Shown: one piece after another, positions 63,764-64,000 of the stretch | Numbering within the stretch: the first letter of the stretch is position 1 | Layout: every line of letters starts with the position of its first letter | From: Flavobacteriales bacterium | GTDB lineage: Bacteria; Bacteroidota; Bacteroidia; Flavobacteriales_E; Vicingaceae | DNA: 64,000 nt | Reading direction: 5' to 3' | Assembly (NCBI GenBank): GCA_020435335.1 | Contig: JAGQZT010000107.1 | Coordinates: 4,715 to 68,714 of the forward strand | Made by a program: the position numbers and the translations under genes | Notes under the pieces: generated by a model | What the model was told of the DNA's origin: nothing | Database searches by the model: none | Seen by the model: the letters and a program-made list of their open reading frames with translations, nothing else

Positions 63764-63936
63764 TGAATGAGATAACAGTAGTATTTGACGAGTTTCTAAA
63801 ACAATGCTCCCGAGAGGACTTGGAATTTATCGTTTCAAATGAAGTCAGTAATGAAGAGATTATTACTCTGTTGAAGAAAAAGGAAGCAGAGGTGAAACAG
63901 AACATTCTTGAAAACTTTGGGATTACGATCAGTTAG
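63763..63936 (+). CDS. Possible 57-aa acidic protein (GTG start overlapping the preceding stop)
   Basis: Translated by hand: VNEITVVFDEFLKQCSREDLEFIVSNEVSNEEIITLLKKKEAEVKQNILENFGITIS. It is followed by a terminator. Confidence 0.25.
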   Translation: MNEITVVFDEFLKQCSREDLEFIVSNEVSNEEIITLLKKKEAEVKQNILENFGITIS

Positions 63937-63963
63937 CATCAAATCACTCCTCATGCCTTTCAC

Positions 63964-63989
63964 AAATCAGCCTCATTGGCTGATTTTTT
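63964..63989 (+). terminator. Rho-independent terminator
   Basis: Stem aatcagcc / ggctgatt followed by tttttt. Confidence 0.7.
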
Positions 63990-64000
63990 ATTTAGATTTG

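Overview
This is a densely packed chromosomal segment of a Bacteroidota bacterium. The phylum call rests on five secreted proteins that end in T9SS C-terminal sorting domains, one gliding-motility type-B CTD protein, TAnnTTTG -7 promoter boxes without Shine-Dalgarno sites, and an N-acyl/O-acyl lipid acyltransferase pair. I call about 60 CDS, mostly housekeeping: zapA-rny, pbpC, lolD, sucC, ffh, folD, rarA, mqnB-mqnD, hisS-hutH, ettA, a padR/PspC-domain pair, trmD, bioBFDA, rlmB and rmuC. I found no rRNA, tRNA, CRISPR array, transposase or integrase.

Main points of interest:
1. A low-GC island (about 59.3-64.0 kb, running off the window) holds a divergent gene pair. One gene is an AAA_21/ABC-type ATPase fused to a class I SAM methyltransferase, followed by a tightly coupled 70-aa ORF. 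The other is a SIR2/AbiH-like protein whose expected catalytic His is Asn. An XRE regulator with a 22-bp palindromic site sits next to them. I consider this a candidate uncharacterised anti-phage module.
2. Heptanucleotide-periodic, stop-codon-phased spacer tracts occur at six or more gene junctions.
3. A small hairpin repeat family has a conserved TGAG-N4-TCGAA loop and covarying stems.
4. A low-GC, translationally coupled operon encodes a membrane TRASH-domain protein, a CxxC mini-protein and a YiiX-like papain-fold lipoprotein.
5. A 1472-aa T9SS metalloprotease carries two families of internal tandem repeats.

All functional calls come from motifs read in the supplied translations. No database search was run.
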